Source: Gammaproteobacteria bacterium (GTDB lineage: Bacteria; Pseudomonadota; Gammaproteobacteria; JBCCGL01). From it: a DNA stretch of 64,000 nt. Positions 20,655-30,410 of the stretch are shown here, in pieces (the first letter of the stretch is position 1; each line of letters starts with the position of its first letter). The position numbers and the translations under genes were made by a program. The stretch is from contig OZ255836.1 in NCBI GenBank assembly GCA_965277715.1, positions 4,192,001 through 4,256,000 on the forward strand, in the 5' to 3' direction. Under the pieces are notes generated by a model, which saw only the letters and a program-made list of their open reading frames with translations, did no database searches and had not been told where the DNA came from.

Positions 20655-22664
20655 TTGGCCACGCTGGCACGTGCTGACCAGGAATATATTCTCAACTGGG
20701 TAGAGCGCGTTGCCAGCACGAATATTGAGCTGGCCTATCGGCTCTCTTGCCAGGGTAAACGGGTGCTGGATGAAACCGACCGGTCAGTAATCGAGGCCTG
20801 GGCGCTGTTGGTGATGGATACCTATGATCGCAGTGGCCTGCGCAAAGCGATTGAAGTGATGGAGTCGCTGGATAATTTTGTCGCGGTCAATCACGCACGC
20901 GTCAATGGGCAGGCCTTGGAGGCGTGTGAGTCGGTGCTTATGGGGTTTGTCTGTGGCTTGTCGGGGCGGCGCCTACAGATACAGCATGGTGAATCGGTGT
21001 ACACCGATACCGAAACCCTGTTTTTGCCGGAGCTGCAATCGGGCCTGCAAAATACCCAGGATAATTTTCTGCATTATAAAATCCAGACGACATTGCTGTG
21101 GGCGCAAACGCGTTTTGGCAGCTTTCGCAAACCCATCGTCGATGCGCTGCTGGCACGCGATGATGAAAAATTTACCGCCTTGTTTCACCTGTTTGAAACC
21201 TGCCGGTTGGAGGCGTGTATTGCGCGTGAGCTACCGGGCCTGTTTCGCGAATTGCTGCGAATAAAAGGCGAGCTGGGCTACACGCAGGAAGCTGCGTATT
21301 GGCCGCAAGTCGAGCCATTGCTGAGTGAGCCGTCTGCCACTGCTGCGCTGTCACTGGAATTGGCGGATACGTATTTTGACCGGGATATACCGTTGCAAAC
21401 GGCATGGCTGGATGCCCTGCAACTTGAGCAGATCGACGATTGTATGCGCCGTCGTATGGCGCGTGAAAAAGCCCTGCTGCGCTTATCACTAAAGAAAATC
21501 AGCGATGAACAGGTGCAGGAAAACCCGGGTGATGACGATGCCCCGGCGTTTCAGGCGCGGCTCGACCCGGATGCAGACGAGCGGGATGAACTGGACGTGG
21601 AGATTATGGTGGGTGATCAACCCGTTCCACTGCCGGATACTGCATTGGCTGCGGTGCGTTCGATCATGCTCGATCTCGGTAACATCCCCGATGATTATCT
21701 GGAACCGGCGGGGGCCGGTGAGTACGATCCCGCTTTGTTTGTCGAAGAGGAGGATGGGGCCGACGATGTGTGGAGTGGCACTTACCACGAGCAGGGCGCG
21801 ACGCTCTACCCTGAGTGGGATTTTCGCCGCCAGCACTACCGCAAAAACTGGTGTGCGGCGCGTGAAAAATCGGTGGCGCCGGTATACGACAATTTTGTAC
21901 CCAAAACACTGAATAAATACCGGGGGTTAGTAAAGCACCTGCGCAAAACCTTTGAAGCAATGCGTGATGTCGACCGTTTGCTGAAGCGCCAGCCGGATGG
22001 TGATGGCATTGATATCGACGCCCTGGTCGAGGCGCTGGCAGATGCCCACGAGGGCGCGGAAATGAGTGATCGTCTGTTTACCCGCATGTACCGCAATGAG
22101 CGCAATATCGCCGTGGTGTTTATGGTCGATATGAGTGGCTCGACCAAAGGCTGGATCAACGATGCCGAGCGCGAATCGTTGGTATTACTGTGTGAATCGC
22201 TGCAAACACTGGGTGACCGCTATGCGATTTATGGTTTTTCCAGCGTGACCCGCAAACGCTGTGAAATTTATCATATCAAACACTTTCACGAGCATTACAG
22301 CGATGAAGTGCAGGCGCGTATCAGTGGCATCGAACCGCAGGACTATACGCGCATGGGGTTCGCTATTCGCCACCTCACGCATTTATTAAAGCAGGTCGAT
22401 GCGCGCACGCGAATATTGATTACCCTGTCTGATGGCAAGCCGGACGATTACGATCACTACCGGGGCGAATTTGGTATCGAAGACACGCGTCGGGCGTTAA
22501 TTGAAGCGCGCCGGGATGGCATTCACCCGTACTGCATTACAATCGATGAAACAGCGCGGGATTATCTGCCGAGGCTGTATGGGCCAGCGGCCTATACGGT
22601 GGTGAAAGAAGTGCGCGATCTGCCGGTAAAGGTGTCCGATATTTACCGGCGTTTGACGACGTGA
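20655..22664 (+). CDS. CbbO/NorD-type VWA-domain adaptor (true start probably upstream)
   Basis: YPEWDF, MIDAS DMSGST, YTRMG and LSDGKPDD motifs; the frame stays open upstream to 20505. Confidence 0.9.
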   Translation: MATLARADQEYILNWVERVASTNIELAYRLSCQGKRVLDETDRSVIEAWALLVMDTYDRSGLRKAIEVMESLDNFVAVNHARVNGQALEACESVLMGFVCGLSGRRLQIQHGESVYTDTETLFLPELQSGLQNTQDNFLHYKIQTTLLWAQTRFGSFRKPIVDALLARDDEKFTALFHLFETCRLEACIARELPGLFRELLRIKGELGYTQEAAYWPQVEPLLSEPSATAALSLELADTYFDRDIPLQTAWLDALQLEQIDDCMRRRMAREKALLRLSLKKISDEQVQENPGDDDAPAFQARLDPDADERDELDVEIMVGDQPVPLPDTALAAVRSIMLDLGNIPDDYLEPAGAGEYDPALFVEEEDGADDVWSGTYHEQGATLYPEWDFRRQHYRKNWCAAREKSVAPVYDNFVPKTLNKYRGLVKHLRKTFEAMRDVDRLLKRQPDGDGIDIDALVEALADAHEGAEMSDRLFTRMYRNERNIAVVFMVDMSGSTKGWINDAERESLVLLCESLQTLGDRYAIYGFSSVTRKRCEIYHIKHFHEHYSDEVQARISGIEPQDYTRMGFAIRHLTHLLKQVDARTRILITLSDGKPDDYDHYRGEFGIEDTRRALIEARRDGIHPYCITIDETARDYLPRLYGPAAYTVVKEVRDLPVKVSDIYRRLTT

Positions 22665-22671
22665 CAGAGGG

Positions 22672-23940
22672 TTATTCGGTTACCGCGAGCTTAATGCAGA
22701 CGACCAGTGCGTTGAGCGCCTGCTCTAATTCGTCGAGTGAGGGAAAGGTGGGTGCAATCCGAATATTGCTATCGTGTGGGTCTATCCCATAGGGGAAGGG
22801 TGCGCCGGGCGCTGTCAATTTAATACCGGCTTCAGCCGCTAAGCGAATGATTTTTTTAGCATAACCATCGGGCACATCTACGTTAACAAAGTATCCGCCC
22901 TGTGGTTTGCTCCACCTGGCGATATTCATCGCGCCCAATTCCCGTTCGAAAATGTCATTTACCCGATCAAATTTGGGCTTTAGCAGTTGCGCGTGTTTCT
23001 CCATGTGCGCGTTGAGTGCCGATAGGTTACTGAATAAGTTTAAATGCCTGAGTTGATTCACCTTATCTGGCCCGATGCTTTGAACACCGATATGTGTTTT
23101 AGCGTTGGCCACATTGGCAGCACTACCCGCCATCGCCGCGACCCCTGAGCCTGCATAACTGATTTTTGAAGTGGATGCAAAATGCACCACTCTATTTGGG
23201 TGTCCGGCTGTGTCTGCGTGTTTTGAAATATTTTCCAATACCGGTCGGTGACCGCTAAAGTGATGCACTGCGTAGGCGTTGTCCCACATTATCCTGAAGT
23301 CTGGCGCTGCACATTTCATCCGGGCGAGCCGCTGAACGGTCTCCCGGCTGTAACAGACTCCTGTTGGGTTACTGTATTTGGGCACACACCATATGCCTTT
23401 GATCGTGTCATCTGCGGCAACAAGCGATTCCACTTTATCCATATCGGGGCCAAAATCATTCATATCCACGGGTATTAACTTAAACCCAAGGTGCTCGGTA
23501 ATCAGAAAGTGTCGGTCGTAACCTGGTGTAGGGCACAGAAACTTTCGTTCAGTGATGTTATTCCAGGGACCGTTACCGTCAACCACACCGAATTGGCACG
23601 CCCGGCTTAAGACTTCGTACATCATGGTCAAACTGGAGTTTCCACCGACAATCACATTTTCCGGTTGGACATCGAGTATCTCCGCGAACAGTTTTTTCAT
23701 CGCGGGTAATCCATCCAGGCCGCCGTAGTTGCGCGCATCAACGCCATTGCTATCAATGCAGCGCTCTGGGGATAAAGCGAGCATCCCATCGGATAATGCC
23801 AGCTGAGCTGTAGAGGGTTTACCGCGTGTTAAATCCAGTGATAGTTTTAACGTTTTGATACGCTCGTAATCATCGATGTATTGTTGGCGCTGCCCGGGTT
23901 GGCATTGGCTGGCAAGTTGGTTTTTGATTTTAACAGGCAT
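22672..23940 (-). CDS. PLP-dependent class I/II aminotransferase (AspAT-like)
   Basis: LDLTRGKP, PGYDRHF, VPKYSNPTG, WDNAY, STSKI and NIRIAPT motifs. Confidence 0.9.
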   Translation of the reverse strand: MPVKIKNQLASQCQPGQRQQYIDDYERIKTLKLSLDLTRGKPSTAQLALSDGMLALSPERCIDSNGVDARNYGGLDGLPAMKKLFAEILDVQPENVIVGGNSSLTMMYEVLSRACQFGVVDGNGPWNNITERKFLCPTPGYDRHFLITEHLGFKLIPVDMNDFGPDMDKVESLVAADDTIKGIWCVPKYSNPTGVCYSRETVQRLARMKCAAPDFRIMWDNAYAVHHFSGHRPVLENISKHADTAGHPNRVVHFASTSKISYAGSGVAAMAGSAANVANAKTHIGVQSIGPDKVNQLRHLNLFSNLSALNAHMEKHAQLLKPKFDRVNDIFERELGAMNIARWSKPQGGYFVNVDVPDGYAKKIIRLAAEAGIKLTAPGAPFPYGIDPHDSNIRIAPTFPSLDELEQALNALVVCIKLAVTE

Positions 23941-24174
23941 ATTCAGGTGTGCTTTTTGTTATTTAGGGATAGTGGTGGTTTTATTCTAGTGGTTCACCCT
24001 GCAATTGTTCACCACCGCCAGTTGAGGGGGGTTATGAAAGTGGTAAATGATCAGCGAGAAAATGGGACATTACAGTGGCCCATCAACAATCCATGGCTAT
24101 AACACAAGGGCACATACTAACTGTTCTCATTATGGATTTTCAATATTCGTTGACGCATAAGTGTTAGGTATTCG

Positions 24175-25245
24175 TTACTCGCCTTGTACAACAGCCTGGC
24201 TTTCAAGGTAGGAGATTGGCGGGTATTGGGGTGGGTAGTTTTTGTCGTAACATGTTGGCAGGCACGCCATTTTATAGTCTGCGTTAGCATTAAAGAAAAA
24301 CGGAATGGAGTAACGCGGGCTATCACTGGTATTGTTGTTGGCAAAATGCTTGACGCTGACAAATAAACAATTTGACCACTGTTTAAGTAATTCACCGGTA
24401 TTAACGATAAAAGCATCTTCAATAACCGGCGCGTGAATCCAGCACTGTCTTTTTTCACTGTAGATAACCAGGCCGGGGCTATCTTGTGCCAGTATTGTGA
24501 AGAAGGTGGTGTCAACGTGTGGCGCAATACCGTATTCATCTGTTTGGGTTTTAGGAATGGCCGGGTAACGTGTCATCCGCAAACGGTACATGGGGGACGT
24601 AAATGCAGGGGTGAAGAAGTCTTGTTTGAGGTTGAGTGCGCGTGCGTAAATCGGTAGCAGTCGCTTGGCCAGTTTTTCTATTTGTTTTGCGTAGTGGCCA
24701 ATATTTTCCCGAAAGTGGGGCAGTTGGTTTTCCTCTGGCCATTGGTTGTCATTCAGGGTCGTTTGGTGATCCCGCTTTAGTACAAATGCCTCATTGAGAT
24801 TACCCTTGTCACGGGTGGGCAATTTGCGGTTTTTGACGGGGAGATAACCCACTCCCTTGATTGGCCAGTCGGGCCGGTCCATGAGCAGTGAATGCTTTAT
24901 TGGCAATGGTAGTGCGTGAAATCGTTGCGCTTCGGCGAAGGTTTGTTTCAGTAGACCTTCGGGAAACTGGTGACCGATAATGGAGCAAAAACCAACGTGT
25001 AAGCAGGCTTCGCACAATTGGGTGGCGATGGTTTCCAGCGCTGACTGGCTTTGCGTGGTGAAATACTCGCTGACATCGATCAGTGGAATGTCACCAGCTT
25101 GTGCTGTTTGCACCTGACTGGTATCCCAGCTACGCGATTCATTGCGCAGTTGTGCCTCTTTTTTATATGGGTCGAACGTGTCGACAGTGGTGGATGTTGT
25201 TGCGTTATTATGAGGTGAGGCGGTCATCAGTGATTGCTCTGTCAT
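24175..25245 (-). CDS. 2OG-Fe(II) oxygenase, isopenicillin-N-synthase-like
   Basis: IPLIDVS, HxD (PHVDTT), distal His (KHF) and RYS motifs; the start may be the second Met at 25227. Confidence 0.88.
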   Translation of the reverse strand: MTEQSLMTASPHNNATTSTTVDTFDPYKKEAQLRNESRSWDTSQVQTAQAGDIPLIDVSEYFTTQSQSALETIATQLCEACLHVGFCSIIGHQFPEGLLKQTFAEAQRFHALPLPIKHSLLMDRPDWPIKGVGYLPVKNRKLPTRDKGNLNEAFVLKRDHQTTLNDNQWPEENQLPHFRENIGHYAKQIEKLAKRLLPIYARALNLKQDFFTPAFTSPMYRLRMTRYPAIPKTQTDEYGIAPHVDTTFFTILAQDSPGLVIYSEKRQCWIHAPVIEDAFIVNTGELLKQWSNCLFVSVKHFANNNTSDSPRYSIPFFFNANADYKMACLPTCYDKNYPPQYPPISYLESQAVVQGE

Positions 25246-25501
25246 AAATATCGTTGAGTGACGCTATGCTTTGTAACATATCGTTGAATAAATCGGGGAG
25301 TACTTGCGCCTTGGGTGGCATGTAGTCAGTGCCGACAATGGTGACACCTCCACAGCGAAAACACCCCCGTTCAAGTGCTTCTTCCCTGGCGGCAACAGCG
25401 TGCAAGGTCATGTTGATACCCCCCAGTTGCACAGCGTCATAGACGAATGTGGCAAGCTCCCGTTTCGCCAGCGCCAGGGCTTTGGGTTTGTTGACGGTCA
25501 T
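25208..25501 (-). pseudogene. Truncated, internally deleted Fic-family gene
   Basis: FVYDAVQLGGIN..LHAVAAREEALE.G.FR.GGVTI.GTDYMPP..DIYDRAI resembles the N-half of a Fic subfamily; it ends before the catalytic motif. Confidence 0.6.
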
Positions 25502-25606
25502 CGCATTTAAATCAGCGTTTTTCATGCTATGCAACTATCTACGTTATGGTGATGTTAGTCAAATAGGCGGTTATTTCCTCTCTCTCCTCTTCCCCCGGGT
25601 TTCTTG

Positions 25607-25653
25607 TTGACATGGCAAGCTGTTATTTATAGTATTCTGGAACGTTCGTTCCA
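25607..25653 (+). promoter_or_regulatory. Sigma70 promoter with a TetR-type palindromic operator
   Basis: TTGACA(25607)-N17-TAGTAT(25630), then TGGAACG-TT-CGTTCCA (25638-25653) upstream of the Prx-TetR operon. Confidence 0.75.
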
Positions 25654-25674
25654 TTATTGCGGGAGTTGTTTTTT

Positions 25675-26220
25675 ATGTCATCACGTACTTCATTAATGCC
25701 GCGTGAGGCGGTACCTTCTTTGGCATTACCGCTGGTAGGCGGTGACCATTGGTCACTGGCGGATCAGCAGCCGGAAAATTTTACGCTGATAGTGTTTTAC
25801 CGTGGCCGACATTGCCCTATTTGTTCGATGTATCTTGGTGATTTGAACCGTAAAGCGGCCGATTTTGCCGCACGCGGTGTAACGATTGTTGTTGCATCCA
25901 CCGACGGTGAGGCACGCGCAGCCGATGCTAAAAGTGAGTGGAAACTTGAAAACCTGGCGGTTGCCTATGGTATGAGTATCGAAAAAGCCCGTGAGTGGGG
26001 TTTGTATGTTTCTGCCAGCCGTGGCAAAACGTCTATCGGTATCGAAGAGCCTGCACTGTTTGGCGAGCCGGGCGTGTTTTTGATACGCCCCGACCAAACG
26101 CTGTATTACGGTGCCACGCAGACCATGCCTTTTGCCCGTCCTGGGTTTGCCGATTTGTTAAAGGCTGTTGAATTTGCCGTTGATAAAGATTACCCAGCGC
26201 GTGGGGAAGTGGCGGGCTGA
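25675..26220 (+). CDS. AhpC/TSA peroxiredoxin-like protein
   Basis: FYRGRHCPIC motif, EPGVFLI, YPARGE C-terminus. Confidence 0.88.
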   Translation: MSSRTSLMPREAVPSLALPLVGGDHWSLADQQPENFTLIVFYRGRHCPICSMYLGDLNRKAADFAARGVTIVVASTDGEARAADAKSEWKLENLAVAYGMSIEKAREWGLYVSASRGKTSIGIEEPALFGEPGVFLIRPDQTLYYGATQTMPFARPGFADLLKAVEFAVDKDYPARGEVAG

Positions 26221-26253
26221 TTTGTTTGATGCCTACACGGTTGCGTATTAATT

Positions 26254-26850
26254 GTGGCCAGAACGAAGCATTTTGACCGGGATACTGCACTTGAAGCGGC
26301 GATGACGCTCTTTTGGAAACGGGGGTATCACGCCACGTCGGTGCAGATGCTGGTCGATGCCACTGGGTTGAGTCGATCCAGCCTCTACGCGTCATTTGGT
26401 GATAAGCAGGTTTTGTTTTTGGCCGCTATTGAGCTGTATTTGGAAAGTGTAAACCGGGCGCGTATTGCTCAGATGATGGCGAGTGAATCGCCGCGTGATG
26501 GGATCGAGCAGTTTTTTAATGACATGATTGATTTTTCAACCGGTAAGGGTAAGCGGTTGGGGTGTCTGCTGACAAATTCCGCTATCGAGTTTGGGCGGGG
26601 TGACGGTGAGGTTCAAGCGAGAATTTTCGGGGTTTTTAGTTCCGTTGAGAGTGCCTTTGCAAAAACAGTTGCCAGAGGGCAGGCGCGCAAAGAGATTGCG
26701 ACGGCACAAAGCCCTCAGGCGATGGCACGTTTTTTAATGACGCTGGTGCAGGGGGTAAGGGTAATGTCCCAGGTCAATCCAAAAAAGGCATGGTTGCGTA
26801 GTGCGCTGGCTGTTGGTTTGGGGGTTATCGATCATCAGCAGGCGGTATAA
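26254..26850 (+). CDS. TetR/AcrR-family regulator
   Basis: FWKRGYHATSV..L..ATGLSRSSLYASFGDK HTH; GCLLTNS motif. Confidence 0.93.
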   Translation: MARTKHFDRDTALEAAMTLFWKRGYHATSVQMLVDATGLSRSSLYASFGDKQVLFLAAIELYLESVNRARIAQMMASESPRDGIEQFFNDMIDFSTGKGKRLGCLLTNSAIEFGRGDGEVQARIFGVFSSVESAFAKTVARGQARKEIATAQSPQAMARFLMTLVQGVRVMSQVNPKKAWLRSALAVGLGVIDHQQAV

Positions 26851-26864
26851 GTTATTGTTATTTT

Positions 26865-27032
26865 TTATTTGGATGTACGATTTTTTATCGATTGCACCAC
26901 GTCTACAGACACCAGAATTATTACAAAGGTGACAATGGCAATAAAAGGCAGCTCGCCGATGGATTCGGCCAGCCCGCCTACGAAGGCGATAAAGACGATA
27001 GCTGATAAAATACTGCTGATTATATTGTCCAC
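26865..27032 (-). CDS. 55-aa two-TM small membrane protein (absent from the ORF track)
   Basis: GTG start; MDNIISSILSAIVFIAFVGGLAESIGELPFIAIVTFVIILVSVDVVQSIKNRTSK*; co-oriented directly after the amidase. Confidence 0.65.
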   Translation of the reverse strand: MDNIISSILSAIVFIAFVGGLAESIGELPFIAIVTFVIILVSVDVVQSIKNRTSK

Positions 27033-27065
27033 GGGATTCTCATTTTGTTTAATTGGATTGCGGGT

Positions 27066-28391
27066 TTATTCTTCAATCTGTTGCAACAGCCAGCGTGCCG
27101 TTCTGAACAGTCTGGCATCGTCACCCCTGGCCGCGACTAATTGTGCCCCAACCGGCAAACCGCCTGACCCCTGGAATAGGGGGAGATTAAGGGCTGGCAT
27201 ACCGCACAATGTCCACAAGGTGCAGAATGCCGGGTCACCTGTGGTGCGTATACCCGGTGCCTCGCCTGCTGCTGAGGGGGTCAGTATTGCATCGTAATCT
27301 TCCAATATGCTGTTTAAAAGCAAGGTGTAGATTTCAATTCGCTCTATGGCGTTGTTGTAATCTGTGGCCAGTATGCGCTGCCCGCTTTCGATCATTTCAC
27401 GCAGTTTTTCGCTCAATTGGTCTGCACCATCGCGGTGGTAGCGGGAGAAGTTTTTTGCCAGGTCGGCTTCCATAATAATACGCTGGTGTTCCAATGCGGT
27501 GTCGAATTCTGCTGCGAGGTCAACCACATCGACCGGTGAGCCGATGTGTTCGATCAGTTCTTTGAAGGCTTCTTTTGTCGCATCGTCCGCACGTTCCCAG
27601 ACGGGGGTGCGAACAAAGGCGATGCGGGGCTCCACCGGTGGCGGCGTCGCCATAACCTGGCCAATATAGGGCCGGGCTTGTGGGCGCATGGCCCTGTCCC
27701 TGGCATCGTAGACCATTAAGGTATCTGCAATTAGCGCGAGGTCGTCGAGGTTGCGCGCAAATACACCGACTGTATCGAGCGCGTGGGATTGTTTGAGCAC
27801 ACCGTATCGGGAGATTCTGCCATAGCTGGGTTTGAAGCCGAATACACCACAAAATGAGGCGGGGCGAATCACCGAGCCGTTGGTTTGTGTACCGACCGCC
27901 AGGGGTGTCATATAGGCGGCCACGGCGGCGGCAGAACCGCTTGAGGAGCCACCGGGGGTGTGTGCAGGGTTGTGCGGGTTGCGGGTTTTACCGGGGGCGT
28001 ATACCGCCAGTTCAGTGGTGACTGTTTTGCCCAGTATAATCGCGCCCGCTTCACGCAGTGTACCGATCAAGCTGGCATCTGTGGACGGGGTTCTACCGGT
28101 GCACAGTGCCGTGCCGTATTCGGTGGGTAGGCTGGCGGTGTCGATAATGTCTTTAATACCGACGGGCACACCGTGTAATGGCCCGGTGGGCCTGCCGTGG
28201 CTGTGCAATTGGTCAGCCTGGCGTGCCTGCTCCAGGGCCAATCCGGCGTCGAGGTGCGCCCAGGCGCCGATGTCCGGCTCAAATTCACTGATTCTGTCGA
28301 GGCAGGATTGCACCAGTTGCCCGGCGGTGATGCTGCCTTCCCGGATAGCCTCAGCGGCTGCGGTGGCGCTAAGTTGATTACCCTGCATCAT
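27066..28391 (-). CDS. Amidase-signature family amidase
   Basis: GVPVGIKD, PGGSSSGSAAAVA and GTQTNGSVIRPAS motifs. Confidence 0.93.
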   Translation of the reverse strand: MMQGNQLSATAAAEAIREGSITAGQLVQSCLDRISEFEPDIGAWAHLDAGLALEQARQADQLHSHGRPTGPLHGVPVGIKDIIDTASLPTEYGTALCTGRTPSTDASLIGTLREAGAIILGKTVTTELAVYAPGKTRNPHNPAHTPGGSSSGSAAAVAAYMTPLAVGTQTNGSVIRPASFCGVFGFKPSYGRISRYGVLKQSHALDTVGVFARNLDDLALIADTLMVYDARDRAMRPQARPYIGQVMATPPPVEPRIAFVRTPVWERADDATKEAFKELIEHIGSPVDVVDLAAEFDTALEHQRIIMEADLAKNFSRYHRDGADQLSEKLREMIESGQRILATDYNNAIERIEIYTLLLNSILEDYDAILTPSAAGEAPGIRTTGDPAFCTLWTLCGMPALNLPLFQGSGGLPVGAQLVAARGDDARLFRTARWLLQQIEE

Positions 28392-29740
28392 TATTTTCCA
28401 AACAGCGCTTCAGGCAGCCAAAGTACCAGTGACGGGACGTTGTATATAATTACCATCGCCAGAATCACGATCAATAAATAAGGCATGATGCCGCGAAAGA
28501 TTTCCATTAGCTGGATGTGGGGTGGGGCCACGCCTTTCAGGTAGTAGGCGGCCATCGCCATCGGCGGTGTCAGAAAGGAGGTCTGTAGATTGAGTGCCAC
28601 CAATATACCAAAAAACAGCGGGTCGACGTTGAAGGTCGCCAGCATTGGCAGAAAGATCGGCACGAAGATAATGATGATCTCGGTCCACTCCAATGGCCAG
28701 CCCAGCAGAAAAATAATTGCCTGGGCGAGTATCAGAAAGCCCACGGTGCTGAGGTCGAGCGACAGTACCCATTGGTTAATCAGTTCGTGCCCACCGAGGT
28801 AGGAGAATACGGCGGCAAACGTCCACGAGCCAACAAACAACCAGCACACCATCGCCGAGGTTTTGGCGGTGAGGTAAACCGCTTCTTTCAGGCGTTCCCA
28901 GGAGAGTGTGCGGTACAGTGCCGCCAGGAGCAGGCCGCCAAAAGCGCCGACGCCAGCCGCTTCAGCCGGTGTTGCCAGCCCTAGCAGGATGGCGCCCAGG
29001 ACGCTCAGTATCAGTATCGCCAGTGGCACAAATGAGGTGAGTAACTCCCACAGAATTTTACCCATTGGGGGAATGTCCTCTTCGCGTGGCTTCGGCGCCA
29101 GCGAAGGGTTGAGTGCCGCACGACCAACGACATAGATCATATACATGCCCGCCAGCATCAGGCCGGGGATCATGGCGGCGGCGTATAAGCGCAAGGGCGA
29201 TATTTCGGCTATCGCCGAGTAGACGATGAGCATGATAGACGGTGGAATCAGAATGCCAAGACAGCCCCCGGCGCAAATCACACCCGTGGCAAAACGGTGG
29301 TCGTAACCCGCTTTGAGCATGGCGGGCAGGGCCAGCATGCCCATCAGGGTGACCACTGCGCCAATGATGCCCGTCGCGGTGGCAAACACTGAGCAAGTGA
29401 CCAGCGCGGCCACTGCCATAGAGCCAGGCAGGTTGCGGGCGGCGAGCTGGATGCTGAAAAACAGGCGGTTAACGATGTTGGCGCGCTCAACCACGTAGCC
29501 CATGAATAAGAATAGCGGTACGGCTACCAGCACGTCGTTAGACATGACGGAAAAGGTATTTTGTACAAATAAATCAAAAATGCGGTTATCGAATAAGTGA
29601 TCCATACGAAAGGGGTCGTAGTAGGCGTAGTAGCCAAAACCGATGCCCATAGCGATCAGGGTGAAGGCGATTGGAAAGCCGAGCAGAACCATGAAGATAA
29701 ACAGGCCCAGCATCATAATGGCGATTTGTGGGTCGGTCAT
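28391..29740 (-). CDS. dctM: TRAP transporter large permease (DctM)
   Basis: AVPLFLFMG, GILIPPSI, ATPAEAA and SFLTPP motifs. Confidence 0.93.
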   Translation of the reverse strand: MTDPQIAIMMLGLFIFMVLLGFPIAFTLIAMGIGFGYYAYYDPFRMDHLFDNRIFDLFVQNTFSVMSNDVLVAVPLFLFMGYVVERANIVNRLFFSIQLAARNLPGSMAVAALVTCSVFATATGIIGAVVTLMGMLALPAMLKAGYDHRFATGVICAGGCLGILIPPSIMLIVYSAIAEISPLRLYAAAMIPGLMLAGMYMIYVVGRAALNPSLAPKPREEDIPPMGKILWELLTSFVPLAILILSVLGAILLGLATPAEAAGVGAFGGLLLAALYRTLSWERLKEAVYLTAKTSAMVCWLFVGSWTFAAVFSYLGGHELINQWVLSLDLSTVGFLILAQAIIFLLGWPLEWTEIIIIFVPIFLPMLATFNVDPLFFGILVALNLQTSFLTPPMAMAAYYLKGVAPPHIQLMEIFRGIMPYLLIVILAMVIIYNVPSLVLWLPEALFGK

Positions 29741-30324
29741 GATGCCTGCTCCTGGTGTTGTGCCGTTTGTTGTTCACGCATCAGCCTGGTTTCTGTTTCC
29801 TGCACATCGTGAAGCCGGGCGGGCCACTGGCCGGTTTTTATACAGATAATGCAGCGTACCGACTCGGCGAATCCCTGTAATAGTACTAACAGACCGGCAA
29901 TTGGAATTAACGATTTGAAAAAGTAGATCTGGATGCGCGAGGGGCTGCTCCAGCTCACTTCTTTGTAAAACCAGGAATCTGAGGCGAACCAGTAACCGTA
30001 GTAAAGCAGTGCTACAGCACCTGGCGCCAGAAACAGGATGTATAGCACCAAATCGATACTGGCTTGTACCCGTAGTGGCAGCAGGCGGTAAACCACATCA
30101 CCGCGCACGTGTGCACCCTGTGACAATGCGTAGGCACCGGCCATCATAAACAGCGCGCCGTACATTTGTACGCTCATATCGAAAGCCCACACGGTGGGGG
30201 CATTGAGCACGTAGCGAACGAACACTTCGTAGCAGGTGGAAAATGTCAGGATAAGGATGCACCAGGCGAATGTTTTACCCATCCAGGCACTGAGGTTATC
30301 GATAAAGTGGAGTAGTCGGGTCAT
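29737..30324 (-). CDS. dctQ: TRAP transporter small permease (DctQ)
   Basis: EVFVRYVLNAPTVWA and HVRGD motifs; 4 TM. Confidence 0.9.
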   Translation of the reverse strand: MTRLLHFIDNLSAWMGKTFAWCILILTFSTCYEVFVRYVLNAPTVWAFDMSVQMYGALFMMAGAYALSQGAHVRGDVVYRLLPLRVQASIDLVLYILFLAPGAVALLYYGYWFASDSWFYKEVSWSSPSRIQIYFFKSLIPIAGLLVLLQGFAESVRCIICIKTGQWPARLHDVQETETRLMREQQTAQHQEQAS

Positions 30325-30350
30325 GGCGGGATACCGCAGAGGGAAGGCGT

Positions 30351-30386
30351 AAAAAACGAGGGGTGGTGCAAAAAGGCACCACCCCT
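30351..30386 (-). terminator. Intra-operon hairpin/terminator after dctP
   Basis: AGGGGTGGTGC / GCACCACCCCT 11-bp stem followed by a T-run on the minus strand. Confidence 0.7.
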
Positions 30387-30410
30387 GTCAAACACTTATG
30401 CACAGGCTTC

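Noticed and set aside
19738-22664. Evidence for Calvin cycle or denitrification
   Set aside because: No RuBisCO or NO reductase genes in the window; the family call alone cannot identify the client.
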